This document shows positions 1-9,055 of a stretch of 64,000 bases of DNA, piece by piece. Location of the stretch: assembly GCA_964229765.1 (NCBI GenBank), contig CAXREJ010000053.1, forward strand, positions 121,129 to 185,128. The letters are read 5' to 3'. Positions within the stretch are counted from its first letter, which is position 1. Every line of letters begins with the position of its first letter. This stretch comes from Bdellovibrionales bacterium. GTDB lineage: Bacteria; Bdellovibrionota; Bdellovibrionia; Bdellovibrionales; JAGQZY01. A model generated the notes under the pieces. The model was not told the DNA's origin and searched no databases. It saw nothing but the letters and a program-made list of their open reading frames with translations. Both the position numbers and the translations under genes were made by a program.

Positions 1-2456
1 AGAGTTTTTTCAAGTTCCGCCTGTACAACCCCTGCTGTGGATTTAGCTAAGTAGCCATTAACCTGAATAATTCGATTTCGATCACGCCGCCAAATATTAG
101 GAGTGGCTTCGGTTCTGCGTATGGTTCCAAGGTTTGTAATAGGCACAAGTCCGAAGTTTGTAAGGATATTCATTTTATCAAAAGCCGAGGCGTTTTGTTT
201 ATAACTTTCCTTCATTTCAACTCGGATGTCGTACTCTTCGCCATCTTCTCTAAATACATTGGTGTCATCACCATAAATAGATGTTCTGATCGCACTCCCT
301 ATAAGGGCTCCATTGACACCATATTGTTCCATCTTTTTTAAATTAGGAACAAAGGTGAGTTCCGAGCTTGGGTTTTTATAAGAAAGAGTGAGGGAGCGGA
401 AATAACCGGATTCTTTCATTTTCTGCTCCACTTCTTTGGAAAGTTTGATCATATCAGAGTAGTTTTTTCCGATAATGTTTAATGAAAGATCGGCCTCGGC
501 ATTTCCTCCAGCTCGTCCTCTGCGAAACTCAATTTCTACGTTCGGTATTTTGGCTACTTGTGGGGTGAGTTTATCAATAATGGATTTATCACTCTCTGGC
601 CTATTCTCAGCGGGATGGAGGTTGACAATAATTTTACCATTTTCTGTTCCATTTTCTCCAAGAATTACAACCCGAGATTCAATATTAGGGTTATTGTCGA
701 GTAAGGACTCAACTTCCTTGGAAACAGCACTTGTCTCCCAAATGGTGGAGCCTTGTGGAAGAGTCATAATAATTTCAATCCGATCTTCGTCAGAAATAGG
801 GATAAACTCATTTCCAACATAAGAAGCCAGCTTAAAGCCGCCAATAACGGTTGCGATAATGAAAACGGTCCAAATGATGGGATGCTTAAACATAAGGTTA
901 AAAAGAAGTCGGTATTCTTTTAATAAGAAAGCGACAATTCTATCGGTGTTTCTAACAAGAAAACCTTTTTTCTCCTCCCCTTTCTTAACGGGCTTGAGGA
1001 GAAGTCCACACATCATGGGAGTCAGAGTAAAGGACGCTAAGAGGGAAAATAAAGTGGCATAAACCACAGTCATACCAAATTGCAGCATAAACTGCCCCAC
1101 AATTCCTCCCATAAAGGCAATGGGGGTGAAAACCACTAGATTGGTACCACAAGAAGCGAGTACAGGAATAAGAACCTCTTTTGTTCCATCGATGGCAGCA
1201 CTTTTAGGATCTTTACCTTGTTGTAATTGCGTTAATACCGCTTCAATAATAACGATGGCATTGGCGATCAGAGTTCCAAGAGCTGTTGCCATAGCAAGAA
1301 GAGATATAAAGTTAATGGTGAATCCAGAGAAGTCCATTAAGAGGAAACCCGAGACCAAGGATGAAGGAATAACAACAGACGCAATGATGGTGAGTCTAAA
1401 GTTACCCGAAAATATAAATAAAATGATCACTGTGAGTATCACTCCAAGAATGATACTTTGAATAGTGCTTTCCGTTTCACTGACAATTCTTTTTGAACCA
1501 TCGTAAGAAACTTGTAGCTCCATACCTTCGGGAAGTGACTTTTGCAGATTAGGGATCATGTCCTTAACACCTCTGGCCACATTAATTTCGTTTCCATCTG
1601 AAATCTTTTTTACAGACATGGAAACAACGGGTTTGTCGTTGAATCTGGAAATGGTCTCAATCTTTTTTGAGCCATCATAGACAAGAGCAACATCATCTAG
1701 AGTAAAGGTCACTCCATCTTTATTTTGAAGAGTGAGTTTTTTAAGGGCGTCCACACTGGTGAATTCACCCTCATAGCGTACACTGAAAGAAGCTATATGG
1801 TTGTCAATTTTACCTGCGGGTAAGTTCAAATTTTGAGACTTTAATGCGTTAACCACATCAATGATTGATAAATACCGTGCTTGTAACTGCACGGGATCCA
1901 CTTCAATTTTGATTTCTCTTTCTTCACCACCAAACAAATCAACAGCTCCGACGCCAGTCACTTTGGTGAATTCATTCTTAAGTTTTTTATCGGCGTATTC
2001 AAAAAGGTCTCTTGGACTATGTTTGTCGCTTGTTAGAGCGATATTAACCACGGGAGTGGCAAAGGGATCAATCCTTGCGACAATTGGTTTTTCGATACCA
2101 TCTGGCAATTCGTTAATGATGGCATCAACTTTATCTTTAACCTCGGAGGACTTCACATTAACGTCTGCAGAGAGATTAAATTCAATGAGTACATAGCCAA
2201 AGTTTTCAAAGGCCCGACTTTTAATCTTTTTTATCTCGGAAACTTCGACAATGGCGTCTTCGATGGGTTTGATGATTTGAGTTTCAATTTCTTCTGGGGA
2301 CGCGCCAAAATATGTTACATTCACGTTAATTAAAGGAAAATCAATACGTGGGGATTGTTCAACATTGAGGTTATTGAAGGATACGTAGCCTAAAAGAACG
2401 AACACAAGAATTAAAATTGTCGTCGTGACGGGACGTTCAACAGATAGTTTAATCAT
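1..2456 (-). CDS. RND-family (AcrB/HAE1-like) inner-membrane efflux permease, C-terminus cut by the left window edge
   Basis: Absent from the ORF track because it runs off the edge. My minus-strand translation from ATG at 2456 reads MIKLSVERPVTTTILILVFVLLGYVSFNNLNVEQSPRIDFPLINVNVTYFGASPEEIETQIIKPIEDAI..., a canonical RND N-terminus. The same frame is still open at position 1 (...NGYLAKSTAGVVQAELEKT). The start overlaps the stop of the upstream adaptor gene (2449-2456). Confidence 0.85.
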   Translation of the reverse strand, partial: MIKLSVERPVTTTILILVFVLLGYVSFNNLNVEQSPRIDFPLINVNVTYFGASPEEIETQIIKPIEDAIVEVSEIKKIKSRAFENFGYVLIEFNLSADVNVKSSEVKDKVDAIINELPDGIEKPIVARIDPFATPVVNIALTSDKHSPRDLFEYADKKLKNEFTKVTGVGAVDLFGGEEREIKIEVDPVQLQARYLSIIDVVNALKSQNLNLPAGKIDNHIASFSVRYEGEFTSVDALKKLTLQNKDGVTFTLDDVALVYDGSKKIETISRFNDKPVVSMSVKKISDGNEINVARGVKDMIPNLQKSLPEGMELQVSYDGSKRIVSETESTIQSIILGVILTVIILFIFSGNFRLTIIASVVIPSSLVSGFLLMDFSGFTINFISLLAMATALGTLIANAIVIIEAVLTQLQQGKDPKSAAIDGTKEVLIPVLASCGTNLVVFTPIAFMGGIVGQFMLQFGMTVVYATLFSLLASFTLTPMMCGLLLKPVKKGEEKKGFLVRNTDRIVAFLLKEYRLLFNLMFKHPIIWTVFIIATVIGGFKLASYVGNEFIPISDEDRIEIIMTLPQGSTIWETSAVSKEVESLLDNNPNIESRVVILGENGTENGKIIVNLHPAENRPESDKSIIDKLTPQVAKIPNVEIEFRRGRAGGNAEADLSLNIIGKNYSDMIKLSKEVEQKMKESGYFRSLTLSYKNPSSELTFVPNLKKMEQYGVNGALIGSAIRTSIYGDDTNVFREDGEEYDIRVEMKESYKQNASAFDKMNILTNFGLVPITNLGTIRRTEATPNIWRRDRNRIIQVNGYLAKSTAGVVQAELEKT

Positions 2457-3159
2457 TTTTTACCACTCCTTCGCAGCTTTCACATTTTCTTACTCGTAGT
2501 TTTGATTCTGAGTTAAGAGTTTTTCCACCATTGATTACGACCCTCATGCCTTCACTAAGACCTTTGGTAATCTCATAATCAAGATTATAATTTTTCCCGA
2601 GTTCTATTTCTTTCTTCTTTGATACACCCTTGTCATCGACCCAAATAAAGGATCCTCCGTCTTCTGAGAAAAGAATTGCCGACTGGGGAAGGGCTAGTAC
2701 ATTGCTTGATTTACCCACAATAACATCAAGTGATTTCAGTTTTAGCTGGGACAAATCCTGATCCTTATCGAGCTGTATTTTTCCTTTATAAAGACCGAGA
2801 CCAGAGGAAAGATTGCGGGCAAGAAAGGTAACTTTCCCAATGGCTTGTTGCTTGTCCGTATCAATTACTTTTTGATTCTTCTTCAACTGTTTTCTTTGAG
2901 TGGAATCAAAATAAAAGGTAAGGGTTTTATTTTTCTTATTAATTTCAGTGACTGTGACTCTAATGGTTTTAATCAACTGTTTTGGGTGAACTTCTGTAAT
3001 GTCGACAGGTATACCATTCTGTAATTTTTCACCGATAAGAGTGATGGCTGTTTGTTGTCTCGATTCTATAACCTGTTTTTTACCTATTTGGATGTAAGCA
3101 ACAAAGACAATAGCTATGGATAGGTAAATGAGAACTCTAAAGATATTAGTTTTTTTCAT
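2449..3159 (-). CDS. RND efflux periplasmic adaptor (membrane-fusion protein), unusually short
   Basis: 236 aa with an N-terminal TM anchor (IFRVLIYLSIAIVFVAYI). The C-terminal half fits the MFP beta-barrel/membrane-proximal pattern (VLALPQSAILFSEDGGSFIWVDDKGVSKKKEIELGKNY..YEITKGLSEGMRVVING). It sits between the TolC-like and RND genes. Confidence 0.75.
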   Translation of the reverse strand: MKKTNIFRVLIYLSIAIVFVAYIQIGKKQVIESRQQTAITLIGEKLQNGIPVDITEVHPKQLIKTIRVTVTEINKKNKTLTFYFDSTQRKQLKKNQKVIDTDKQQAIGKVTFLARNLSSGLGLYKGKIQLDKDQDLSQLKLKSLDVIVGKSSNVLALPQSAILFSEDGGSFIWVDDKGVSKKKEIELGKNYNLDYEITKGLSEGMRVVINGGKTLNSESKLRVRKCESCEGVVKND

Positions 3160-3160
3160 G

Positions 3161-4489
3161 TTAATGCTCCGCTGAGTGGCCCGCTATTAATTCAATTTCA
3201 GCGTGTGTCGCCAGTAAATTATAACGAATGTTGGCTAAGTTTAATCGAGTTTGATTAAGAGAGAATTGGTTATTGTTAATTTCAGTAATGGCAGTCTGAC
3301 CAGATGAAAATCTTTTTTGTGAGATTTTAAAAGTTCTTTCTGCGAGACTCACAGCCTCTTGTGTTTCTCTTAAGTTTTTCTGCAAAGTGATATAATCATT
3401 AAATTTCTTGTTGAGATCTAAATTGAGTTTCTCTTTTTCTTTAGCTAATTGTAACTCAGCTGAAATGCGATCAGAAACCGCCTGTCTGTATTTAGCACGT
3501 GTTGAACCACCATCCCAAATATTCCACTTTAAAGAGAGAGCGGCGTAAACCGAGTCGTTCAGGTCGTCTCCAGTAACAGAAGTCATTGAAGCCCCAGCAT
3601 AATTATAACCAGCGGTTAGATTTAAAGTGGGAAGGTCTGCTTGGTTCATGGATTTTGAGACTTTTTCAGAATAATGAATCTGTTCTTCGAGCAGCTTTAT
3701 TCTTGGATGATCTTTTCTTAAATCAGCGGCCAGTGTTTGATGACTGTAGTTGGAGATTTGATCCGTATCTTTTAAATCGATTCTTAGATTTTTATAATCT
3801 GTCAAACCGCAAATTTGGGCGAGCGTCATACGGGCTTGGTCATATTGACTTTCTGCCGTTCTGACTAAGGGGGTGGTTGAAGCGATATCCGATTGCAAAC
3901 GCAGTAGATCAGATTGTGGAGGTCTGCCTCCTCTGAATTTTCTTTGCAGTATTCTTAGGTTTTCCTGTGAGTTTTCTAAATTTTTCTTAGCCACTTCCCA
4001 CTGGTCTTTACTTAAAAGAACGGTGTAGTAGGCAACCCGTGTGATGTACTCCACTTGAATTGTGGCATACTCTTTTTCATGTTTGACCACTTCGAGGGCT
4101 GCTTGAGCCGCTTTAAGAGTGTTCCCTACTCGACCAAAAGCCCATAGTAGTTGGTTCACTACGATTCCCGCTTGAGCTTGATCTTGAATGGGGACTCGAT
4201 TTCCAAAAAAGACCGGCTCCTTAAAGTATCTTTGATATGTGGCCTCTAGGGAGACTTGAGGTAAAATGGTTCCAAAGGCTTCATCGTATTGATCTTTTCT
4301 TTTTTGAGAATTGACCTGACTAAGTTGTAGGTCTTCACTGTTCTTTTTAGCTAACCCGATCGCCTCATTGAGGCTGATAACACGAGTTTGAGCGTTGCCT
4401 AAAGTACCTAAAAGAAGGATGCTCAGTGCAAATAAACACTGCCTTATAGGAAGATATAGCCACGATCGAGAATTAGAGTTTGGGGACAT
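3161..4489 (-). CDS. TolC-like outer-membrane efflux protein (OMF family)
   Basis: 442 aa with a signal peptide. Typical OEP start (VISLNEAIGLAKKNSEDLQLSQ) and two-repeat helical architecture. First gene of the TolC-MFP-RND operon, 1 nt from the adaptor gene. Confidence 0.85.
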   Translation of the reverse strand: MSPNSNSRSWLYLPIRQCLFALSILLLGTLGNAQTRVISLNEAIGLAKKNSEDLQLSQVNSQKRKDQYDEAFGTILPQVSLEATYQRYFKEPVFFGNRVPIQDQAQAGIVVNQLLWAFGRVGNTLKAAQAALEVVKHEKEYATIQVEYITRVAYYTVLLSKDQWEVAKKNLENSQENLRILQRKFRGGRPPQSDLLRLQSDIASTTPLVRTAESQYDQARMTLAQICGLTDYKNLRIDLKDTDQISNYSHQTLAADLRKDHPRIKLLEEQIHYSEKVSKSMNQADLPTLNLTAGYNYAGASMTSVTGDDLNDSVYAALSLKWNIWDGGSTRAKYRQAVSDRISAELQLAKEKEKLNLDLNKKFNDYITLQKNLRETQEAVSLAERTFKISQKRFSSGQTAITEINNNQFSLNQTRLNLANIRYNLLATHAEIELIAGHSAEH

Positions 4490-4508
4490 TTTGGCTCCTA
4501 ATAATATT

Positions 4509-4576
4509 TCAAACGTTTGTTTAAAACTAACAGTCTCTGAGCGCTTTGTAAAATAAAATCAAACGTTTGTTTAAAA
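4509..4576. promoter_or_regulatory. Two identical 18-bp direct repeats TCAAACGTTTGTTTAAAA (4509-4526 and 4559-4576), each containing the perfect 10-bp palindrome CAAACGTTTG; candidate operator pair
   Basis: Read directly from the sequence. The copies are exactly 50 bp apart (start to start). They lie in the divergent intergenic region between the efflux operon (start 4489) and the glycosyltransferase gene (start 4709). Confidence 0.55.
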
Positions 4577-4708
4577 TAGAGAAGAGGCTTTATGGATTTA
4601 ATCTAAGTATATGAAATAATTTATTTATTTAAATTGCTGCTAAGTTGTGCGAGGTCTGGTTTTGTATAAAATTATGACTTTTTATAAGAGCTTTCGTAAA
4701 ATAAGAAA

Positions 4709-5740
4709 ATGAAAGTGTCTCAAGTCGATACGTTAGCTCCCCCACTCATTTCTGTAATTATACCCACTCACTTTCGCACTGAAAGACTGAGACATTTGTT
4801 AGTCACCTTAGAAAAACAAACATTGGAACCCAATAAGTTTGAAGTGATAGTTGTGACAAGCCCCCTTGATCCATCCCTTGCATTCTTAAAGGAATTTAAA
4901 TCCAGCTTCGCCCTGAAGGTATTTACGACGACTGAAGACCCAGAAATGGGCCGTAATGTGTCTTTAAAGCGAAATAAGGGAGCGGGGCAAGCTCAGGGAT
5001 CTTGGTTGGCATTTACGGATGATGATTGTCTCCCCTCCCCTTTGTGGCTTGAGTCGTGCTTGAAGTACTTTGCAGATCCCAACATTCATGGTGTGGAAGG
5101 TTTAACTATCACAAATAAGAATGAGTCCCATACGTTAACTTGGAAAGGTTTGCAGAGATTGGCTCGACCAGGAACTTATCAAACTTGTAATATCGTTTAT
5201 AGAAAAGAGACTTTTAATGATCTTGGGGGTTTTGATGCAAAACAATTTCCTTGGTATTTAGAGGATACCGATCTTGCTTGGACTTTTTTAAACCATAATA
5301 AAAAAATAGCGTTTAATGATAAAGCCATTGTGGAGCATCCTGTGGGAGCACCAGCTCCTTGGAGACTTTTACATGAAGCAAGAAATGCAGGTCTTAAAGT
5401 CATTTTGTATTTAAAGCATAATGATTTGTATAAAACCAAAAAAATGCAAGTATTGAGAGGTCCCCATTTTCTTTATTTAATTTTAGCCTTGTTGATATTG
5501 ATCAGTTTATTTCTATTAAGAATTGAAGTAACAGGGATCTTATCCCTTTTGTATCTTTGTCTTTTTCTCACACACTTGGTTAAAACTTTTTGGGGCTTAC
5601 AGTTTACTATGACTGAGTTATTATCGACGGCTTATGGGCTGTTCCTTTATCCTTATTTCGCCCTATTTTCTTTGGTTAAACATTCAATTAAAAGAAAAAT
5701 AGATGTCTTAAGTTTTTTTAGAATGTTATTTGCCTTTTAA
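4709..5740 (+). CDS. Family-2 glycosyltransferase with C-terminal membrane domain
   Basis: N-terminal GT2 pattern (ISVIIPTHFRTERLRHLLVTLEKQT, DxD-like FTDDDCLP). The last ~100 aa are hydrophobic (LYLILALLILISLFLL..., LFLYPYFALFSLV). Confidence 0.75.
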   Translation: MKVSQVDTLAPPLISVIIPTHFRTERLRHLLVTLEKQTLEPNKFEVIVVTSPLDPSLAFLKEFKSSFALKVFTTTEDPEMGRNVSLKRNKGAGQAQGSWLAFTDDDCLPSPLWLESCLKYFADPNIHGVEGLTITNKNESHTLTWKGLQRLARPGTYQTCNIVYRKETFNDLGGFDAKQFPWYLEDTDLAWTFLNHNKKIAFNDKAIVEHPVGAPAPWRLLHEARNAGLKVILYLKHNDLYKTKKMQVLRGPHFLYLILALLILISLFLLRIEVTGILSLLYLCLFLTHLVKTFWGLQFTMTELLSTAYGLFLYPYFALFSLVKHSIKRKIDVLSFFRMLFAF

Positions 5741-5756
5741 TGCCAGTCGCTTTTGC

Positions 5757-6212
5757 TTAGAACAATTGATTCGTCAATTTTAAAACTCCACCAACACAGG
5801 CAAAAAGAAATGTTCCCCAAAGAACATCAACAATCACAAAAGATAAGGGGTAGTCTTTTAATAAAGCAAGATTTGTGAAATCAAAAATAGCAAAAACTAA
5901 AAAGCCAAGGGCAGCGGAATAAAGAAGTCCTGTCCATAAGTAAGAGCCGGTGAGCTTGTTGGGGAGGAACAATGTGACAATAAGTGCCATACATAAATAA
6001 GCGATTATGGCAGCAGTCATATTAACATCCATAGCTCCATTAGACTGAGTTTTGAGTAGAGGTCTTAACTGATTGAGGGCAAATTTCTTCATGAATAGGC
6101 TAAACCATACCCAATCAAGTGCTAAAAATAATATCAATGAGATTGTAAAGGTTCTAATCATTGCGGCCTCCATTGGATTAAAAGAGCCTAACATAGACTC
6201 AATGGCTGACAA
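5757..6212 (-). CDS. Small polytopic membrane protein (DUF2177-like)
   Basis: 151 aa with four hydrophobic helices. The pattern LDWVWFSLFMKKF...L..L resembles the DUF2177 family as I remember it. Confidence 0.5.
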   Translation of the reverse strand: MSAIESMLGSFNPMEAAMIRTFTISLILFLALDWVWFSLFMKKFALNQLRPLLKTQSNGAMDVNMTAAIIAYLCMALIVTLFLPNKLTGSYLWTGLLYSAALGFLVFAIFDFTNLALLKDYPLSFVIVDVLWGTFLFACVGGVLKLTNQLF

Positions 6213-6315
6213 GTGAATTTCAGTTCAACCTGTTAAATGACTGGAGTTTTAAGCTCGGTATGTTTTTTTTTAACTTCAACCTCAGATCTACGCAAAGCCA
6301 AATTGAATGTTAAGG

Positions 6316-6331
6316 TCACAATCAATTGTGA
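6316..6331. promoter_or_regulatory. Inverted repeat TCACAAT-CA-ATTGTGA upstream of the 6535 lipoprotein gene
   Basis: Perfect 7-bp arms read from the sequence. Three GATC-containing TGATCA motifs follow at about 6340-6375. Confidence 0.3.
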
Positions 6332-6534
6332 ATGGAGGCTGATCTTTTTGATCAACTTCTGATCAAATTGAAAATTAATGTTTTTCTTTGAAACAAAAAC
6401 ACGAATTTAGGTCAGGTTTTCTAAAAACTTCCAGCATCCAAGTCGATAAAACTTTGTCTTCATGAAGCGAAACCATACGACACTTCTAATTTTCCAATAA
6501 GCTTATTAATTAATTTGTGGCGGAGGAGTGTCCC

Positions 6535-6744
6535 ATGCTGTGTAGTGCCTATCCTAGAAAAATATTTTCCTTTTTAATATTTGGCTTGTTGCTGCAAGCT
6601 TGTAGTCAGGGAGGTCAGGTCAGTGAAGCGGAAAGGCGGGCTTTGCAGTCAGTGGCCTTATCTCAAAGTTTTAACGTTCATGAGCGCGTGGGAGATGTTT
6701 ATTCCAGTGTGGACGCTATTCCCGATCTCGTCCCTTTCATGTGA
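6535..6744 (+). CDS. Short lipoprotein-leader ORF, probably the detached N-terminus of the downstream 582-aa protein
   Basis: GGAGGAG RBS 6 nt before ATG 6535. Lipobox-type signal (FLIFGLLLQAC|SQG). It ends in ATGTGA, overlapping the GTG of the next ORF, which lacks any signal peptide. Confidence 0.5.
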   Translation: MLCSAYPRKIFSFLIFGLLLQACSQGGQVSEAERRALQSVALSQSFNVHERVGDVYSSVDAIPDLVPFM

Positions 6745-8489
6745 ATCAAATTTCTGAAGCGATAGAAATTCCAGTGCGAGATTGCACCACTCCTGGGCTT
6801 TACGAGATGGAAAAGCAGATGGCATTAAATGAAGCAGCTCAAGATCCATCGGGTGTGACAGTGCCGGTTAAATTTTCATATTCCTTTGGAAAAAAACACG
6901 ATGCATTGGCTAAGTACGCCAATCAAAGGGCTGTGTTAAGTGAAACAAATAATGGTATTAGTTACATTCCTATTGCTGGCAAAACATCCAATAAGTATCA
7001 AAATGGAAAATCGGCATATTACACAGTCGATAATACAGATGTAGCTCGACAGTATAGAACAGGAGAGAAGTGCTTTTTTAGCACCATAAAAATTGATCCT
7101 TCGGCATTGACTGTTGCTGGAGGCTATTTTGATTTTATTGATGTCAATGAATCAGACATTCCGCCCATGGCGGATTTATTAAAAAATAAAAAAACAATTT
7201 CCCAAAAGCTCAATGGTATTCGCCATATGATACATTATATGTATGTGGGATATTGCGCCGTTGGGCGATGTGCTCAGGGACAAGCTTTTGCTGGTGAATA
7301 CGCCAATCGATTATTCAGTACGGTCCCCTCTCTTGATAATGGCGAACCTCAAATTATTAAACTCTATATGGCGGATCTACGTTCAGAACAAATGAAACAT
7401 GATATTGTGAGGCTTTCAGAAGATACCGTTAGAGGATTAGAAATAGACTCCTCCATTGATAATATTTTAAATGTGTGTGAAGTCCATAAGAACTATTATG
7501 ATGTGACAAAAAACTTAAGTTTACCCGAAGAGGTCAATGGTTATCAATTTGATCCCATTCAAGGAGCGGTACAGTTAGTTAATAATATTTTATCCCATGA
7601 TGTGGATGGGACAGTCCTCTCTTCGCAGTACACCCCTATTGTGATTGATTTAGACGGAAATGGAGTTAGAACTTCAAGTGTTCGCTGGGGAACCTATTTT
7701 AATATGGCCGCCTTAGATGATGCACAGGGTGTTGGTCAGGCCCACAGAACCGCTTGGTTAGGTGGTGAATATGTTGATTATAATCAAGGGCCATCTCCTG
7801 ATCATCGAGTGAGCCTTGATGTGAGACTTAAATCAACAGATGGGTTTTTAGTTATTCCCGATGATCAAGGCTTAGTAAGTAGTAGTACGCAAATGTTTGG
7901 TGATAATATTCAGATCAACGGCAAAACATACATTAATGGGTTTAAGGCCTTGCAAGCTTTTGCTGGAAAAGACTGTACGAGTTCTGGTACGCGCAATCGT
8001 TATGTCGGCCCATGGGATCATGATATTTATGAAAATCAACTAAAGATTTGGATTGATGAAAACCGTAATGGTGTGAGCGAAGAGGGAGAACTGAGAGGTT
8101 TGAGAGATCTGGGTATTGCTGCCATTAATGCTTGTCATATTGTGCACCAAGATGAAGAAGACTCTTTTGGTAATGGAACGCAGCTGCGGTCAGCGGTTTT
8201 AATGGCTGGTCCCTACCCTAATTTACTTCTTCGCCCTGAAGAGATTGTTTATCATCTCGAAAATGGCCATGGTTATGAAGGTGAAAAGAGTTACTTCAAC
8301 CTTGCTATCGATTTGATTTTTAAAGTTGATGAAAATAAAATATGTCCTGGGGCTTCAAAGCTAATAAGAAATTATGCTGGTATTCTTCTTGAAAAAGAAG
8401 GATCTGATGGAGGCGATGGTGATGTAGGAATTCCATCGACCTCTCCTCCTTCGGAACCAGAAGATGACGAGAGGCCATCAAACTTTTAA
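6741..8489 (+). CDS. Putative secreted calcium-binding (DxDxDG-type) protein with acidic/Pro-rich tail
   Basis: Motifs VIDLDGNGVRT, DGFLVIPDDQG...MFGDN...NGFKALQAF, IWIDENRNGVSEEGELRGLRDLGIAAI match the calcium-binding module often found N-terminal to RTX-type repeats. No signal peptide is present from the annotated GTG start. Confidence 0.55.
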   Translation: MNQISEAIEIPVRDCTTPGLYEMEKQMALNEAAQDPSGVTVPVKFSYSFGKKHDALAKYANQRAVLSETNNGISYIPIAGKTSNKYQNGKSAYYTVDNTDVARQYRTGEKCFFSTIKIDPSALTVAGGYFDFIDVNESDIPPMADLLKNKKTISQKLNGIRHMIHYMYVGYCAVGRCAQGQAFAGEYANRLFSTVPSLDNGEPQIIKLYMADLRSEQMKHDIVRLSEDTVRGLEIDSSIDNILNVCEVHKNYYDVTKNLSLPEEVNGYQFDPIQGAVQLVNNILSHDVDGTVLSSQYTPIVIDLDGNGVRTSSVRWGTYFNMAALDDAQGVGQAHRTAWLGGEYVDYNQGPSPDHRVSLDVRLKSTDGFLVIPDDQGLVSSSTQMFGDNIQINGKTYINGFKALQAFAGKDCTSSGTRNRYVGPWDHDIYENQLKIWIDENRNGVSEEGELRGLRDLGIAAINACHIVHQDEEDSFGNGTQLRSAVLMAGPYPNLLLRPEEIVYHLENGHGYEGEKSYFNLAIDLIFKVDENKICPGASKLIRNYAGILLEKEGSDGGDGDVGIPSTSPPSEPEDDERPSNF

Positions 8490-8592
8490 AAATGCTGAGA
8501 AGTTCTTTGAGTGAGAGTGTTTTTAATGTAAGCTCTGTTCTATAGAGAATAAATAATTTGTATTAACGTTTGCTTTATGGAACAGAGTTATT

Positions 8593-9043
8593 ATGAGAAC
8601 AGTAAATCAATGGTTTGAAGAGTATTCCTTAAGTCATCAACATAGTGGTAATAAACTCATCCACTATATTTGCGTTCCCTTAATTACTTATTCTACTTTA
8701 GGAATTATTGATGCTCTTTCAAGACCAAATTATCTGAATCTCCCCATTTCACTAGCTTTTATTGTTATTGCTTTTTGTGGTCTTTTTTATCTGCGTTTAA
8801 GTTATAAATTGGGATTGCTGATGAGTTTTATTAACAGTCTTAATGGTCCTGTCTTTTGACTTTTTTAATGACTCTAAAACACAACTCATTACAAATATTT
8901 TTATCTTTTTAATTTCTTGGGCTTTTCAATTTGTTGGTCATAAATTTGAAGAAGCAAAACCGTCCTTTTTACAAGATCTTACTTTTTTATTGATTGGCTC
9001 TCTTTGGATTTTAGATAAATTTTTTTCAGGGCGATTGAGATAA
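8593..9043 (+). pseudogene. DUF962/Mpo1-like membrane protein split by a frameshift near 8843-8859
   Basis: ORF 8593-8859 carries the family N-terminus (WFEEYSLSHQHSGNKLIHYICVPL). ORF 8843-9043, in another frame, carries the C-terminal motif (WAFQFVGHKFEEAKPSFLQDL). Together they total about 150 aa, the normal family length. The junction lies in a T-rich tract (gtcttttgactttttt). Confidence 0.65.
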
Positions 9044-9055
9044 CCTTTAGTTCTG

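Noticed and set aside
475-2196. Four plus-strand ORFs (475-822, 859-1062, 1120-1461, 1861-2196) in the ORF track
   Set aside because: They lie antisense to the open minus-strand frame that translates into a canonical RND permease. Their sequences are low-complexity with no motifs, typical of shadow ORFs.
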